The notes under the pieces are model-generated. The model saw only the letters and a list, made by a program, of their open reading frames with translations. It did no database searches and was not told where the DNA came from. Below are positions 50,201 to 64,000 of a stretch of 64,000 nucleotides of DNA, piece by piece (positions within the stretch are counted from its first letter, which is position 1; each line of letters starts with the position of its first letter). The DNA lies in NCBI GenBank assembly GCA_025603075.1, contig MU626283.1, forward strand, positions 62,001 to 126,000. Reading direction: 5' to 3'. Origin of the DNA: Neoconidiobolus thromboides FSU 785 (lineage: Eukaryota; Fungi; Entomophthoromycota). Made by a program: the position numbers and the translations under genes.

Positions 50201-52208
50201 AACAATTATTTTGGACATTCAATCTTATTATCATTATTATGTGGTAATTATTTTTATTTTTATTGGATTCAAGGGATTATGTTCTATTTAAAAAAAGATT
50301 ATTCTAAAAGTTTTGATTACTTCAAGGATGCTATTAATTTATATAGTGATTATAATAATAACAATATTAATAATAATTTATTATTAGTTAATTTAATACA
50401 AATTCAATTACCTTCATTTCACTACAATATTAATTCATCGTATTTTTTTTATTTGTTAGCTAAAAAATATCATGAAGATGGAATAACAGAATATGCTAAT
50501 TTAATTATGGAACAATCAATTAGTTTGTTTCTAGATGAAGTTAAAATAACTGATGAAGATATAATAGAAAAACAAACAAATGAATATTATTATTTTAAAT
50601 TTGAGTTACAAATTGAATTAAAAAAATACGATAGTGCAGTTAATTTTATTCCATTAATTAGAAATCCAATAATTAAAAAAAAATGTATTCAAATATTATT
50701 AAATCATATTGTTGAACATCAATTAAATTTTGACTTAATTTATATTTCAACAGAAAGAGAATTTATTTTATTATTATTATGGGAGAAATTGATTTATTTA
50801 ATTAGTAAAAATAAAGAAACAGAAACGATAGAACAATGGTTTAATGGTATATTACAATTTTATTTATTAAATTTAGATTATACGGAAGGTAAGATATTAT
50901 TATTTGTAATAAATAATATAATAATTAAATATTAATATTTCTATTTTATTAGCTGCTACCACTTTATTTCATCAAATTATTTATTATTTTACACAATTAT
51001 CTAAAGAATTCCGAGAATTTACTATTATTTTGCAAAAAATGTTAAAAAATTTTAAAGTGATTATAGAAATTATTGAACAAACTAATTTATCATTCAATTA
51101 TTTTAAAATTAAAAAGGAATTTTTAAAAGAATACCAAATGTACATGTTAAATTATATTAACGAATTTGAAAAAGAAGGTAAATATTTTTATTTATTTCAA
51201 GGTGTGAAGAATAATATTAACAAAGATGATTTTTAGGCTTACCCAATAGAATTGTGTCCTTTCAAATGGTATTAAAATATTGTGCGTTGGTACAAAGTAC
51301 TTTAAAACTATATAATAATTCAATTTATGAAATTAAGAGTAAGATTGGTTATTAGTTATTATTATTATTAATAATTTTAATATATTTATCTATTTGTTAG
51401 AAAACCAATTATTAACATATAATGAAATTATTGAAGGTTATTGTTTATTAAAAAACTATACTACTTGTTTTCAATTAACTCAACTATTTGAACAAAAATT
51501 AACAAAGGTGTTCTTCATGATGATTGAAAACGTAAAGCAGCTAATAGAAGAAAAGTAAGTTTATTTAATTATAATTGTATCTATAATTATATTAATAATA
51601 TTAATTTAATGATATAGGAATAATAATAAGGATAATTTAATAAAAGAAAAGAAAGAGAATGAATTATTAAAATTATTAGAGTTAATTAAAGTTGAATTAA
51701 AGAAACAAAATGAACCAGAATATTATATTTTATTAATTCAACAATTATTGCAAGATCAAATAATGAATATAAAAGATGATTTTGTAATCAATATATTAAA
51801 TGAGCTATATGTAAGCTATTATTCTTTATTATTCTTTATTATTTTGCTTTATATAGTAATTGTTATATTAATTATTTTTATTTTATTTTTTAATAGGAAC
51901 TGGACTTTAATCAACTAATACGTTTATTAATTTCTTATAATTATTTGGAAATTGGGTTAAAATTTACGGTAGATAAAATGAATCTTATATTATCTAATAA
52001 TAATCTTAAACTTGGTTTACCAATTCTTTGTTGTGATTTATTATATAATAGTTTAAAAATTAATAATGTAAGTTTTATTTTTATTATAAAAATTTTTAAT
52101 GAATAAAAATTGATATTTTATTTTTTATTTTAGGATATTGAATTGTTAAACCAATTTGAAGAGAAGATTAATTTACCATTAAAATTAAAAATGAAAGATT
52201 TGGAATAA
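47288..52208 (+). CDS. NUP160: Nucleoporin Nup160/Nup120-like, long first exon plus short 3' exons
   Basis: Beta-propeller with ITLHCDGKLRVWDLK (Nup160-type motif), then an alpha-solenoid with YFYWIQG..AINL and KYDSAVNFI. Asn-rich; 3' exon boundaries approximate. Confidence 0.72.
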
Positions 52209-52328
52209 ATAAGTAAACAGAGTAGGAAATATACTATATTTTATTATATTAAGAAAAATATAGAAATAAAACTATTATCAAATTATATCTTTATTTTGTT
52301 ATTTTTTTATATTATTTATAATAACAAA

Positions 52329-54973
<2,645 letters not shown>

Positions 54974-56078
54974 TGTAATTAAATTATAAGTTGAAAAATT
55001 GACAATTTTATAAAAGAAATAAAAAATTATTTTGATAAATGAAACAAGCAATTTGTTTTTATATGATCTGTATCCCTTTTATCATCTTTATCCTTTTTAT
55101 CTTATCTTATTATTTATACTTATATAATTAAATTATGATTTGTTATCTTTTTTTGAGATAGGTTTTAGCCTAACATTTTGGATTATTTGATTGTATGCCA
55201 TCGGTAATTTATGACAATGAGTGAAAATTGATAAGGCCACGTCATGTTATTCTTTGTATCATTTTTAGCGGATGGTTTTTAAGCTTCAAGAATTAAAGAT
55301 CTGATTGTTAATTTTTTTTGTAAACAAGTAGATTGATTTTTAATTGAAAGTTGGTTAAGATTATTTATTTTAAAATTAATAGCAATAATGAACGGTTATA
55401 AAGCTAATATTCCATGATAATCTGGACGTCAAGAGTTAGTTTAATTTTTTTATAAAATCATAAAATCCTTAAAGTATTTATAGTTTTGAATAACCTTATT
55501 ATTATTAGATCAGTCATTTTTTATAATACATTTTCTAATTCAATGAATTATTAATTATATTTAATGCTTTGATAATGATTTAATAGAGTTAAAGAATGCA
55601 TTTAACTTTTATAATTTAAATTTTATATTAACTTTAAGTCTTCTTTTACATTATTGCTTAACTTTTGTGTCCTAAGTTTCTTTTAAGAATAAACACTTAG
55701 AGAAAAGGCATTTTTAAGACTTCAACAATACATCAAGTCTATAATGTTCAACTTATTACATTTTAAAAAAAAATTTAAACAACTTCTTAATTTTTTTTAG
55801 TAACAACCTAAAACAAAAGTAAACAAAGCATGAAATATTGTGTTATAAATCAAAACAGTTATGTAAAGCCATTATGATTTTTTATAAGTCTTTACACTTT
55901 GTTTTCTTTATTAAATTTATATTAACTCTTTAGATGCAGTTTGTTGAAATATATGTCTTGAGTTAAATATGGTAGGTTGAAAACACCGTATTTGATTATT
56001 ATTTCAGCAATTTTTTTTAAAAATAATAAATATAGTAATAAATATTAATATGATATTAATATTCAACATATTTTTACT

Positions 56079-56183
56079 ATATGGAGAGATATTTTTTGGT
56101 TTCATTACTTTTTCCATCTTTTAGGTGCTATTTGAGCCGAAAAATTGTTAGTAAAATTCTTAAACACAAATACATCCCCATAT
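56079..56183 (+). mobile_element. MITE-like TIR element, copy 12 (A)
   Basis: atatggagagatattttttggtttcattactttttccatcttttaggtgctatttgagccgaaaaattgttagtaaaattcttaaacacaaatacatccccatat. Confidence 0.9.
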
Positions 56184-57172
56184 ACCATCAGAATATTTAA
56201 TAAAAACTCATTTAGAATAATGGTAATAGTTTGTTTAAAATAAAAATGATATTTTATTTTATTCTTTTAATGATTTTAAAATTATAAACTTCAACTCTCT
56301 TATTTCTGTATCATGTGTTAGTTTTAACAGTTAGATATATATAAAAACATACAAAAATTATCAATTTTCATGTAAATTCTTATATGAACTTGCAAATAAA
56401 CTAAAGATAACTTCTGTTTTATCATTTTGTTTAATAGTAAGTGATATTATAAATGATAAAAAAATAAACCAATTTTAGCAAAGATAAGTAGTCACTTTAT
56501 ATATGCTTTCTAAGTAAATTAATTATTACGAGAGCATCTCACTTTAGATATTGTAATCATTTCGGCAAAAAATTGATAGGATTTTTAGTTTGATCATTTT
56601 ATATACAAAGTCTTTAAATAGGGAAGCCTTTTAATAAAACTCTATTAAAGCAAGCTTTGATTTGTCTATGCCTTTGGGAATATTGGATGGTTTATTTGAA
56701 ACTCCAATCTCTTATAAATATTAAATAAATGAAATAAAGTTATATCAGCAAGATTTTCGATAATGACCCTTTACTTTGTGGTGAATACGACCCTAGCGCT
56801 GCTACACATTTTTAAGCTGTAGAAATATTAAATGATTTTTAAAAATAATAAGCATGTTTATGTTAACGATATAATCAGCGACTTTATTTCAAAAAATCAA
56901 ATCAAAAAAGAGAGAGTAGGATCTATTTATCATACTCAGGGTTAGAAATGAAGAACCAGTCCACTATTGTCTTAATATAAGTTTAACAGTTAAAGTTATA
57001 GCAGTTTTACCTTCTAACCCTATCAGTGCCTTGGGTTTCAAAAATAATAGGTGTATTTTATAATCGAAATAAGTGATTTAAAGTTTAGTTATAAAAAAGT
57101 TCTATATAAAATCGACATCATTGAAGGGGTAATCAGTGTATAACATAGCATTTAAATTTAAACTTAAACAAC

Positions 57173-57198
57173 ATATGGGGATGTATTTTTTTGTTTTA
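57173..57198 (-). mobile_element. MITE-like TIR element, copy 13 (solo end only)
   Basis: atatggggatgtatttttttgtttta is the perfect start of orientation B, then similarity stops. Confidence 0.65.
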
Positions 57199-57321
57199 TA
57201 GCTGAATCCAGACTGAAGATATAACTAGAAAACTATTTTAGATATATGTTAAAGTAATTATTTATGTTCATATTCAATAAGCCTATAGGTTATACTTTTC
57301 ATTTTTGCTATATTTAAAAGA

Positions 57322-57422
57322 ATATAGTGATATTTTGGTTTCATCATTTTTCCATTTTTTTAAGCATTATTTAAGAAAAAAATTGTTAGTAAAATTTTTA
57401 AATATAAAATATATCCCCATAT
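57322..57422 (+). mobile_element. MITE-like TIR element, copy 14 (A)
   Basis: atatagtgatattttggtttcatcatttttcc..taagcattatttaagaaaaaaattgttagtaaaatttttaaatataaaatatatccccatat. Confidence 0.83.
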
Positions 57423-57620
57423 TCTGAAACCTTAAATTTTAAGTTAGAATTTATAAAGCGAATCAAAGATAATAAAAAAGAATTCAATTTCTTTCGAAAA
57501 TTAAAAAAAGTCAAAAATCAAAAAAATAATACATTTTATTTTCTACAAGTCTACAGTTCTAATATTATAAATATATATATTTACCCAAAGTCCGGTTGGG
57601 TTTAAATTTTAAAAAACTTT

Positions 57621-58430
57621 TTACATAAGAGTCACATAAATAGTGGACCCTTGACCCGCCGAAACTATACATGATTGGCTACTTCCACCTTGTCCAACAC
57701 TGCAAGAAGAGGAGCTACAGCTTGAGCCTTCACAAGAAATTTGAATAGTATAGCCTTTAGTTGAGAACCCAACTTCTTTAAATAATGGATTGGTAGTAGC
57801 TGAAGCAAAAGTAACTCCATTTTCATCTTGATTAGCACCCATTACATAAGGGGCCCAATTACCAACGGGTTTACTACTATCACCCCAACGACATTCATCT
57901 TGACCAGATCCTGGAAGATTGAGATAATAATGTGCAGAAGTTTTTTGCCAATAAGTAGAAGGAGGTACAGCGATAGTACTTTGGCCGCCTGATCCTACTA
58001 CTGTAGAAATAAGCATAGCTTCATTACCAGGGAATACTGTTTGACAAGCGGAAACGGAACCAGATAATTTATTAACTAATTTAACGGTACCAGCACCTTG
58101 AGAACATAATGGTCGATTTGGAAATGGTTTTTCAAGCTGTCCTTTACCATTACAAAATAATCCACCATTCATAGTAGCACATTTGGCCCCATCTGTACAC
58201 CCTACACTTGGATCCCATTGGTTCATTACCATACCTGGTTTACATGAATAAGGGCACCATTTTCCAGGGGTACAAGTTTGATCTGGACTCATAGCCCATC
58301 CACCATTAGCTTGATTTGGAGTTATAGCAACAATAGAATCATCATCGGGTAATACACAACTACTGGCTACACCAGTATAGGCAGAAAAAATAGAATTGAC
58401 ATTTAATAAGATTAAAATTGAAAACTTCAT
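57621..58430 (-). CDS. Secreted SUN-family (GH132-like) beta-glucanase homologue, intronless
   Basis: Signal peptide; GGWAMSPDQTCTPGKWCPYSCKPG..QWDP..GGLFC; SACQTVFPGNEAMLI; YWQKTSAHYY; GNWAPYV.GAN. Confidence 0.88.
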   Translation of the reverse strand: MKFSILILLNVNSIFSAYTGVASSCVLPDDDSIVAITPNQANGGWAMSPDQTCTPGKWCPYSCKPGMVMNQWDPSVGCTDGAKCATMNGGLFCNGKGQLEKPFPNRPLCSQGAGTVKLVNKLSGSVSACQTVFPGNEAMLISTVVGSGGQSTIAVPPSTYWQKTSAHYYLNLPGSGQDECRWGDSSKPVGNWAPYVMGANQDENGVTFASATTNPLFKEVGFSTKGYTIQISCEGSSCSSSSCSVGQGGSSQSCIVSAGQGSTIYVTLM

Positions 58431-60149
58431 TTTGTTATTAAAGATTTAGGAGTTAAGAAATAGTGTATATTACGGATTTATATTAAATAGTCTAATGTAT
58501 CTAACTTTAGTTATATAGGAATATACTTTTGTGTTATAAATTGATATAATCCTATAATATTTTTATTACATTGAATGAAAATCAAGTTTATATATACTTA
58601 TTTTTCGAGTATAACTAAATAGCGTATTCTGATTAAATCTTCTATTCTCGTTGATTGATACGTCCACTGTTAATTAAAAATAAACATAAATTAATTTCCA
58701 AGCTTACTTTTGGGGAAGTGGTATGTGGTTCGATAACAACATAGACTATAATATCGGATAGCTTTCTTTTTTGCCCATTCTTTATTTGCGTTAAACCACT
58801 TTTTGTAACTTTTTTCTTAATTTATGCATTTTTAATCCCAGCGAATAGGGGTGTTGTTAGTTAGACTAATAGTATAATAGGAATTTGATAATCAATAGGT
58901 TTTAAAGAAATAATACAATTAAATTGCATCTTACTAAATATATTGAATCCAATTACTTTTTAATTGATAAAAATACTGTTTTTATGCGTATAATCTTATT
59001 AGTAGATAAAAAAAGTTGGCTAATATTCTTATATAAAAGAATTAAATAATAAGCAGAATAGATCTCCTTTTAAATTCAAGTTGCTATAATACGTTCGTAA
59101 GTGCTGGCTTAGAAGTGGTTTCATAATGCATAATATCATCAAAATTATGGTTTATTTAGAAGTCATGTTAGCTTGGTCATACTGATTATCATGGAGGATG
59201 TCCCATTTGCGGTAAAAACTAATAACCAAAGTTCTAGACTCCTAAAAGGTGAATAAAACTATATTTCCTTGATATACTCTTATTTGCATAGAGAATACTA
59301 CCATTCAACCGAATTATGATATTAACATTACACTTAATTATCAAAATAAATCGATTTTGAACTAAGAATAATATTATCTATTTAAAATTTAAAACATATA
59401 CTTTTTTTAATAACGTATTGTAAATTACTTTTGGTATTCTTTTAGGACCTAATGAACAAAGAATATTAATTTTTAAAGATTGAAATTTTTGGGTAAATCT
59501 TGTAGTTGAAATCTTGTTTATTAAATGATTCATTCCATATAAAAAATTTAGACTTATTACAAGTTAAATTGGCCCAATCTATTTTAAATAGTATATTTTT
59601 TATGTACATAATAGTACTATTGACTGTATAATATCTCTTAAAAAGTGGGTTGATTATTAGTAGCTAATTAAAATTGCTAAATATTATTATTATTTTTTAC
59701 CTTTATATATTTTTTTGTTTTTGTTTTGAAGAGATTTGAAATTTTGCAGTTTGTTTAGTCTAAATTTAAATTCCCAAAATTTATCCCAAAATTTATTTCT
59801 CTCATTCCAATTTTATCTATTTTTATATAAAATTTAAAATATTAATAAAAATCGAATATTGAAACAAAATAAAAATAAAAATAAAAATAAGGATTGTTGA
59901 AAAAAAAATATTTTTTTTTAAAATCAAAAATTTATAAATTTAATAACTACTTTATTTTTTTTACTGCTCTAGTTTTACCCTTTCCTCTATACTTTGAATT
60001 ATATATTATTTAGATTACTAATTCACACATTCGAAATGACAAGTTGTAAAAGTAATTATAAAATTTTAACAAAATGAAAAATGAGGAATTGAAAATGAAA
60101 TACAAAAATAAAAAAGGTAAATTTTATTAATAAAAAAGGTATGATGACA

Positions 60150-61271
60150 TTAGGGAAACAGTAACTTAACATTACCATTCTCATTTTGAATCTTAATATT
60201 ATTATTGCTATTATTATCATTACCTAAAATCCCAGACTGAGACTTTTCCTCTTTTTTTGTATAGTAAGGAGGATTATTATTGCTATCTATTTCAATAGAA
60301 CCAAACCAAGTGCCAATATCAAACTTAGTATTAAACGTGGATTTGAAGGATACTTTACATTCTCCAAAGCCGCCTGCAATATTATATTTCAAATCTTTAA
60401 TATCATTATTCAACTTATCAATCTCAACGTTCACATTTCCATGAGTGTTAGTTATATCTGCCTTCAAAAAATTCCCATTAAGGATTTCTATTTTACCAAA
60501 ACTATTATCTAATAAAATTGTGTCACTTTTTGTATTATGGATAGATACATCACCGTGTTGAGACCCAATAGTAATTTTATCAGCAGTTAACTTTTGGATT
60601 TTAGATTCCCCAAAGTTAACCTTAGCATTGAAAGTATCAGCCTTGATATCATTTATTTCCAGGTCAGAGTGATTGACATCTAAATCTACCTTTTTAACAT
60701 TGTTATTTGCTAATTTTAGATCACCAAATCCTGTATCAATCTTAAACTGATTAAAATCTAATTTACCACGTATATCTAAATTGACATTTGTTCTATAAAC
60801 ATCCATAATTAACTTATCGTAGAAATCAAGGTTATTTGGTATTTTGATAACAACATCAGCTTTATAGCAGCTTGGGTCATTTGCATTGCTATTTCCATCA
60901 CTAATTGTAAATTGATAGCCATCGTTTTTATATTCTGAATTGGCCTTTAATTCGCTTGTCTCAAAATTAGTGCTAACAAAAAATTGTTTATCAATAACAA
61001 TCAAACTTGAATTATGACGTTCAAACCTAATGGAACTTTGGGAGCTGTAACCGCCTAACTTGACAATCAATGATTTGTAAGACTTTGGATCAAACTCATA
61101 TTTTCCATCCGAGGCATACGGTTTTGTTGCTGAGCAGTTATATATTCCTTCAACTCTAATCACCTTAAGTCCAACCAATGCTCCAATAACTCCAGCAAAT
61201 ATTAGTATAGCAATCAAAACTATCCAGCATATTTTTTTACATAAATGACTTGGTATACTTAATAAACCCAT
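60150..61271 (-). CDS. Type II membrane protein with DUF4097-like (putative adhesin, beta-solenoid) domain, intronless
   Basis: One N-terminal TM helix, then ~18-22 aa repeats (IDTGFGDLKL, AKVNFGESKI, IGSQHGDVSI, LDNSFGKIEI, ITNTHGNVNV, IGTWFGSIEI, IQNENGNVKL). Confidence 0.72.
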   Translation of the reverse strand: MGLLSIPSHLCKKICWIVLIAILIFAGVIGALVGLKVIRVEGIYNCSATKPYASDGKYEFDPKSYKSLIVKLGGYSSQSSIRFERHNSSLIVIDKQFFVSTNFETSELKANSEYKNDGYQFTISDGNSNANDPSCYKADVVIKIPNNLDFYDKLIMDVYRTNVNLDIRGKLDFNQFKIDTGFGDLKLANNNVKKVDLDVNHSDLEINDIKADTFNAKVNFGESKIQKLTADKITIGSQHGDVSIHNTKSDTILLDNSFGKIEILNGNFLKADITNTHGNVNVEIDKLNNDIKDLKYNIAGGFGECKVSFKSTFNTKFDIGTWFGSIEIDSNNNPPYYTKKEEKSQSGILGNDNNSNNNIKIQNENGNVKLLFP

Positions 61272-61545
61272 GTCGAAACTATTTTTTATATCATTTTTTT
61301 TGTTTTTATTTCATTTATATACTATTATTTTAAGGCTATTGAAGACACTTTCATTATTCTAAGATAAAGCTGTAGCTTTATTTTTTATGTATGTTACCTA
61401 ATAAGGTAGCTACAATCTATAGTATTAATATAAAGGTTGGTATGTGCCCTATGAATTTATTATTGGTATTTCTTGGCCCTGAGAAAAAAATAGTAAACTC
61501 CCCTGTATTAGGTTATTCACTTTTTTTGTGCTTTATTGAGTTTCT

Positions 61546-61653
61546 ATATGGGGGTGTTTTTTTTTGGCTTCATCATTTTTTCCATCTTTTAAGCGCCATT
61601 TGAGCGGGAAAATTATTGGCAAAATTCTTAAGCACAGAAATACATCACCATAT
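61546..61653 (+). mobile_element. MITE-like TIR element, copy 15 (A)
   Basis: atatgggggtgtttttttttggcttcatcattttttccatcttttaagcgccatttgagcgggaaaattattggcaaaattcttaagcacagaaatacatcaccatat. Confidence 0.9.
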
Positions 61654-62617
61654 TATTCAGCTATTACCCAAACTATTGGGGTTGGAATATTAATGACTAT
61701 TCTTGTAAAAAATTATACCTTATAGATAAGCTACAGAAGTATACTTCTATATTTGGATTTTATTAAGTTAGCTGTATTATCTTTTAAAATAGAACCTATT
61801 TCTCAATCTTATAAAACCTTGTGCTTAATCACAAATAATTTCTGCTATTTCCTAAATTACAAACTTAAGGTTAAAACAATTCGAAGCCAAGATCCAATAC
61901 TCAAGAAAATTAAAAATAAAAATTGGCAAGAAAAATATAATTTATTCTTCACTTGAGAAAATTTTATGTAGATAATTATCCGCTCAATCTTTTAATGACT
62001 TTTCTTCTTTGCTTTCATAAATTATCGAAACTATCCTTTAATTTTCAAGAACTCTTTTATTCTTAACTCACAACTACAGATTTTTTCTTCCTCTGATTAG
62101 TAAATAAGCGTCACTAAATTTATTTGAAAAAAATGACAAGAGTGAATAACGTTATATGAACTTAGTTGTAATTAAAGTCTAAAATCTCTTTACCAATAAT
62201 AAGCTAAAGTATCAAATTATTATTAAAATTAGATCAGCTAATATCAAATTTAAAAGCTTTATCCCTATAGTTTATTTGTACATTTTAATATTTCGTGATT
62301 ATTGTTTTTTTACAGCATATATGAATTTTTAATAAATAGCTCAAAGTTGTTTATAATAGCAATAATCATAATTTAATGTTAAAACAACAAAGCATTGTAA
62401 TGAGTAGTAGTGCAAACTATAAAGCAAAAATAGGTAAATGTTTATTATAAATAACTTTGGAAAACAATAGCTATAATAGTGTATGGAATTAATAACGCAT
62501 GAATTTTTCACATAGAATTAGGTTTAAAAATGAAATACTAATGTAATATAAATAAGTTTTATTTTAATAAAGATAAGTATTAGTTGATAATAAGTAATAG
62601 GAAGAAAGGCTAATAAT

Positions 62618-63163
62618 TTAAAGACCAAGTCCTACACCGGCTCCAAGGCCTAATCCTAATCCTTTCCTGCCCCCTAATCCTAATCCTACTCCAGCTCCCA
62701 ATCCCAATCCTAAACCATTATTGCTAGACCCATAACCAGAACCCGATGGTCCAGATCCATGACTAGATGATCCTGAGCCATAGACAGCTGAACCAGAGCC
62801 TGAAGTTCCATAATTCGATGATGAACTTGATACATAGCTTGATGACGAGCTAGATCCATAGCCAGATGCATGTCCATTACCTCCTAAACCTAAACCTAAA
62901 CCTAAACCTAAACCTAGTCCAAGGCCTGAGTTTGATCCATGACCAGATGAGCCTGAACCTGAACCTGAGCCTGAGCCTGAACCATAGCCGGATGATCCAG
63001 ATCCAGATCCAGATCCAGATCCAGATGCATGTCCATTACCTCCTAAACCTAAGCCTAAGCCTAAGCCTACTCCTAATCCAAGACCTTCAGCTTCACGTTT
63101 AACTAAAGTAGGAGCAGCAGTGATAAAAGAGAGGATAGTAAGACTAATGATAAATTTGTTCAT
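62618..63163 (-). CDS. Secreted Gly/Ser/Leu-rich repeat protein with KR processing site
   Basis: Signal peptide MNKFIISLTILSFITA, pro-peptide APTLVKR, then (GL)n blocks alternating with (GS)n/GY spacers; TATAAATA ~90 nt upstream. Confidence 0.85.
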   Translation of the reverse strand: MNKFIISLTILSFITAAPTLVKREAEGLGLGVGLGLGLGLGGNGHASGSGSGSGSGSSGYGSGSGSGSGSGSSGHGSNSGLGLGLGLGLGLGLGGNGHASGYGSSSSSSYVSSSSSNYGTSGSGSAVYGSGSSSHGSGPSGSGYGSSNNGLGLGLGAGVGLGLGGRKGLGLGLGAGVGLGL

Positions 63164-63498
63164 TTTTGATTATATTATAGTATATTATTATATGATATTA
63201 AATAAAAGTTATTATTTTTTTGATATCTATTTCAATAATTTTTTTTGAGTATTTATACTACCGCTTTTCAATGTTTATTATAAAAATAGAACTAAATTAA
63301 ATATTGCTTATAAAACCCCAGAGTTCGAATGTGAATTTGGAGTAATGAATATTGTTTTGCTTCCAGCCTTTTAGCTAAAGTTTAGTACACTAACCTTTTA
63401 TTTCTCATAGTTTAAAATTAGCCTTTTTTAGCTACCTATCGAAAAAATAGATTTCATGCAAAAAACTGCATAATTTCAGAAAACTACTCATTTTAGAA

Positions 63499-63605
63499 AT
63501 ATGGGGATATATATTTTGTGTTTGAGAATTTTATTAATAATTTTTCTACTCAAATAGCGCTTAAGAAATGGAAAAAGTGATGAAATCAAAAAAACATCAC
63601 TATAT
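63499..63605 (-). mobile_element. MITE-like TIR element, copy 16 (B)
   Basis: atatggggatatatattttgtgtttgagaattttattaataatttttctactcaaatagcgcttaagaaatggaaaaagtgatgaaatcaaaaaaacatcactatat. Confidence 0.9.
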
Positions 63606-64000
63606 AATATTTTTAATTTCTAAAACTTTGTTTTATATGAATTTTAAAATTTTGTTTTCATGTATTAGAAATTCCCTAATGTTTTTTCACTTTTTAATTC
63701 ACTGCTTTTGTACTTAATCACTTTTAGTATATCTTTATTTAACCATTAGTAATGAACTAAAAACCCGGTAAAGTAAAACTTGATACTTTAGAAAACTGGA
63801 TATATTAGAAAAATATTAACAAGTCTTTAAGTAAGCTTAGTTATTAGATATTGAGTACTGAAAACAGATGAAAATAGTTTTTTCAAAATCATACTGTTTC
63901 ATGGAAAATGTCATATATAAGTAGCTTCAAAAATACGGATTAAAAATAAACTCCCTATTTTTATTACTTAGCTAACAGTACGCTTGTGATAAAAGTCCAA

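Noticed and set aside
58693-58734. NFQAYFLGKWYVVR* as a lipocalin GxW motif
   Set aside because: Only 14 codons between stops, with no supporting flanking sequence.
62881-62915. (CCTAAA)n run resembling an interstitial telomere
   Set aside because: It is the GGT-TTA codon repeat for (Gly-Leu)n inside the ORF, not TTAGGG.

Overview
Very AT-rich, intron-rich eukaryotic DNA. Introns are short (about 45-90 nt, GT..AG, CTAAC/TTAAC-like branch points) and read in the standard genetic code. Gene content and style suggest an early-diverging fungus, possibly Entomophthoromycotina/Conidiobolus-like (inference only). About 20 protein-coding genes can be built by hand: NAT1/NAA15 (partial), DNAJC3, IFA38, RidA/MMF1, TBC1D13-like GAP, RCO1, an S9/DppV-like protein, a small AT-hook protein, ATG22-like MFS, BAR-PH-ArfGAP-ANK, VAMP7, PRE6, RDI1, a DH-PH RhoGEF, a Zn2Cys6 factor, ATG4, NUP160, ARG5,6, a SUN/GH132 protein, a DUF4097-like protein and a secreted Gly/Ser/Leu-repeat protein, plus one tRNA-Val(AAC). 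The most striking non-genic signal is a ~105-110 bp non-coding element with terminal inverted repeats. It occurs 16 times (15 near-full, 1 partial), only between genes, often in pairs, folds as a nested hairpin and shows CpG-transition decay. Other highlights are an intact secreted S9 peptidase homologue that appears to lack all three catalytic residues, a RapGAP-fragment/RhoGEF fusion, a required 4-nt micro-exon, and a KR-processed (GL)n/(GS)n repeat protein. All family assignments come from motif recognition by eye; no database search was run.
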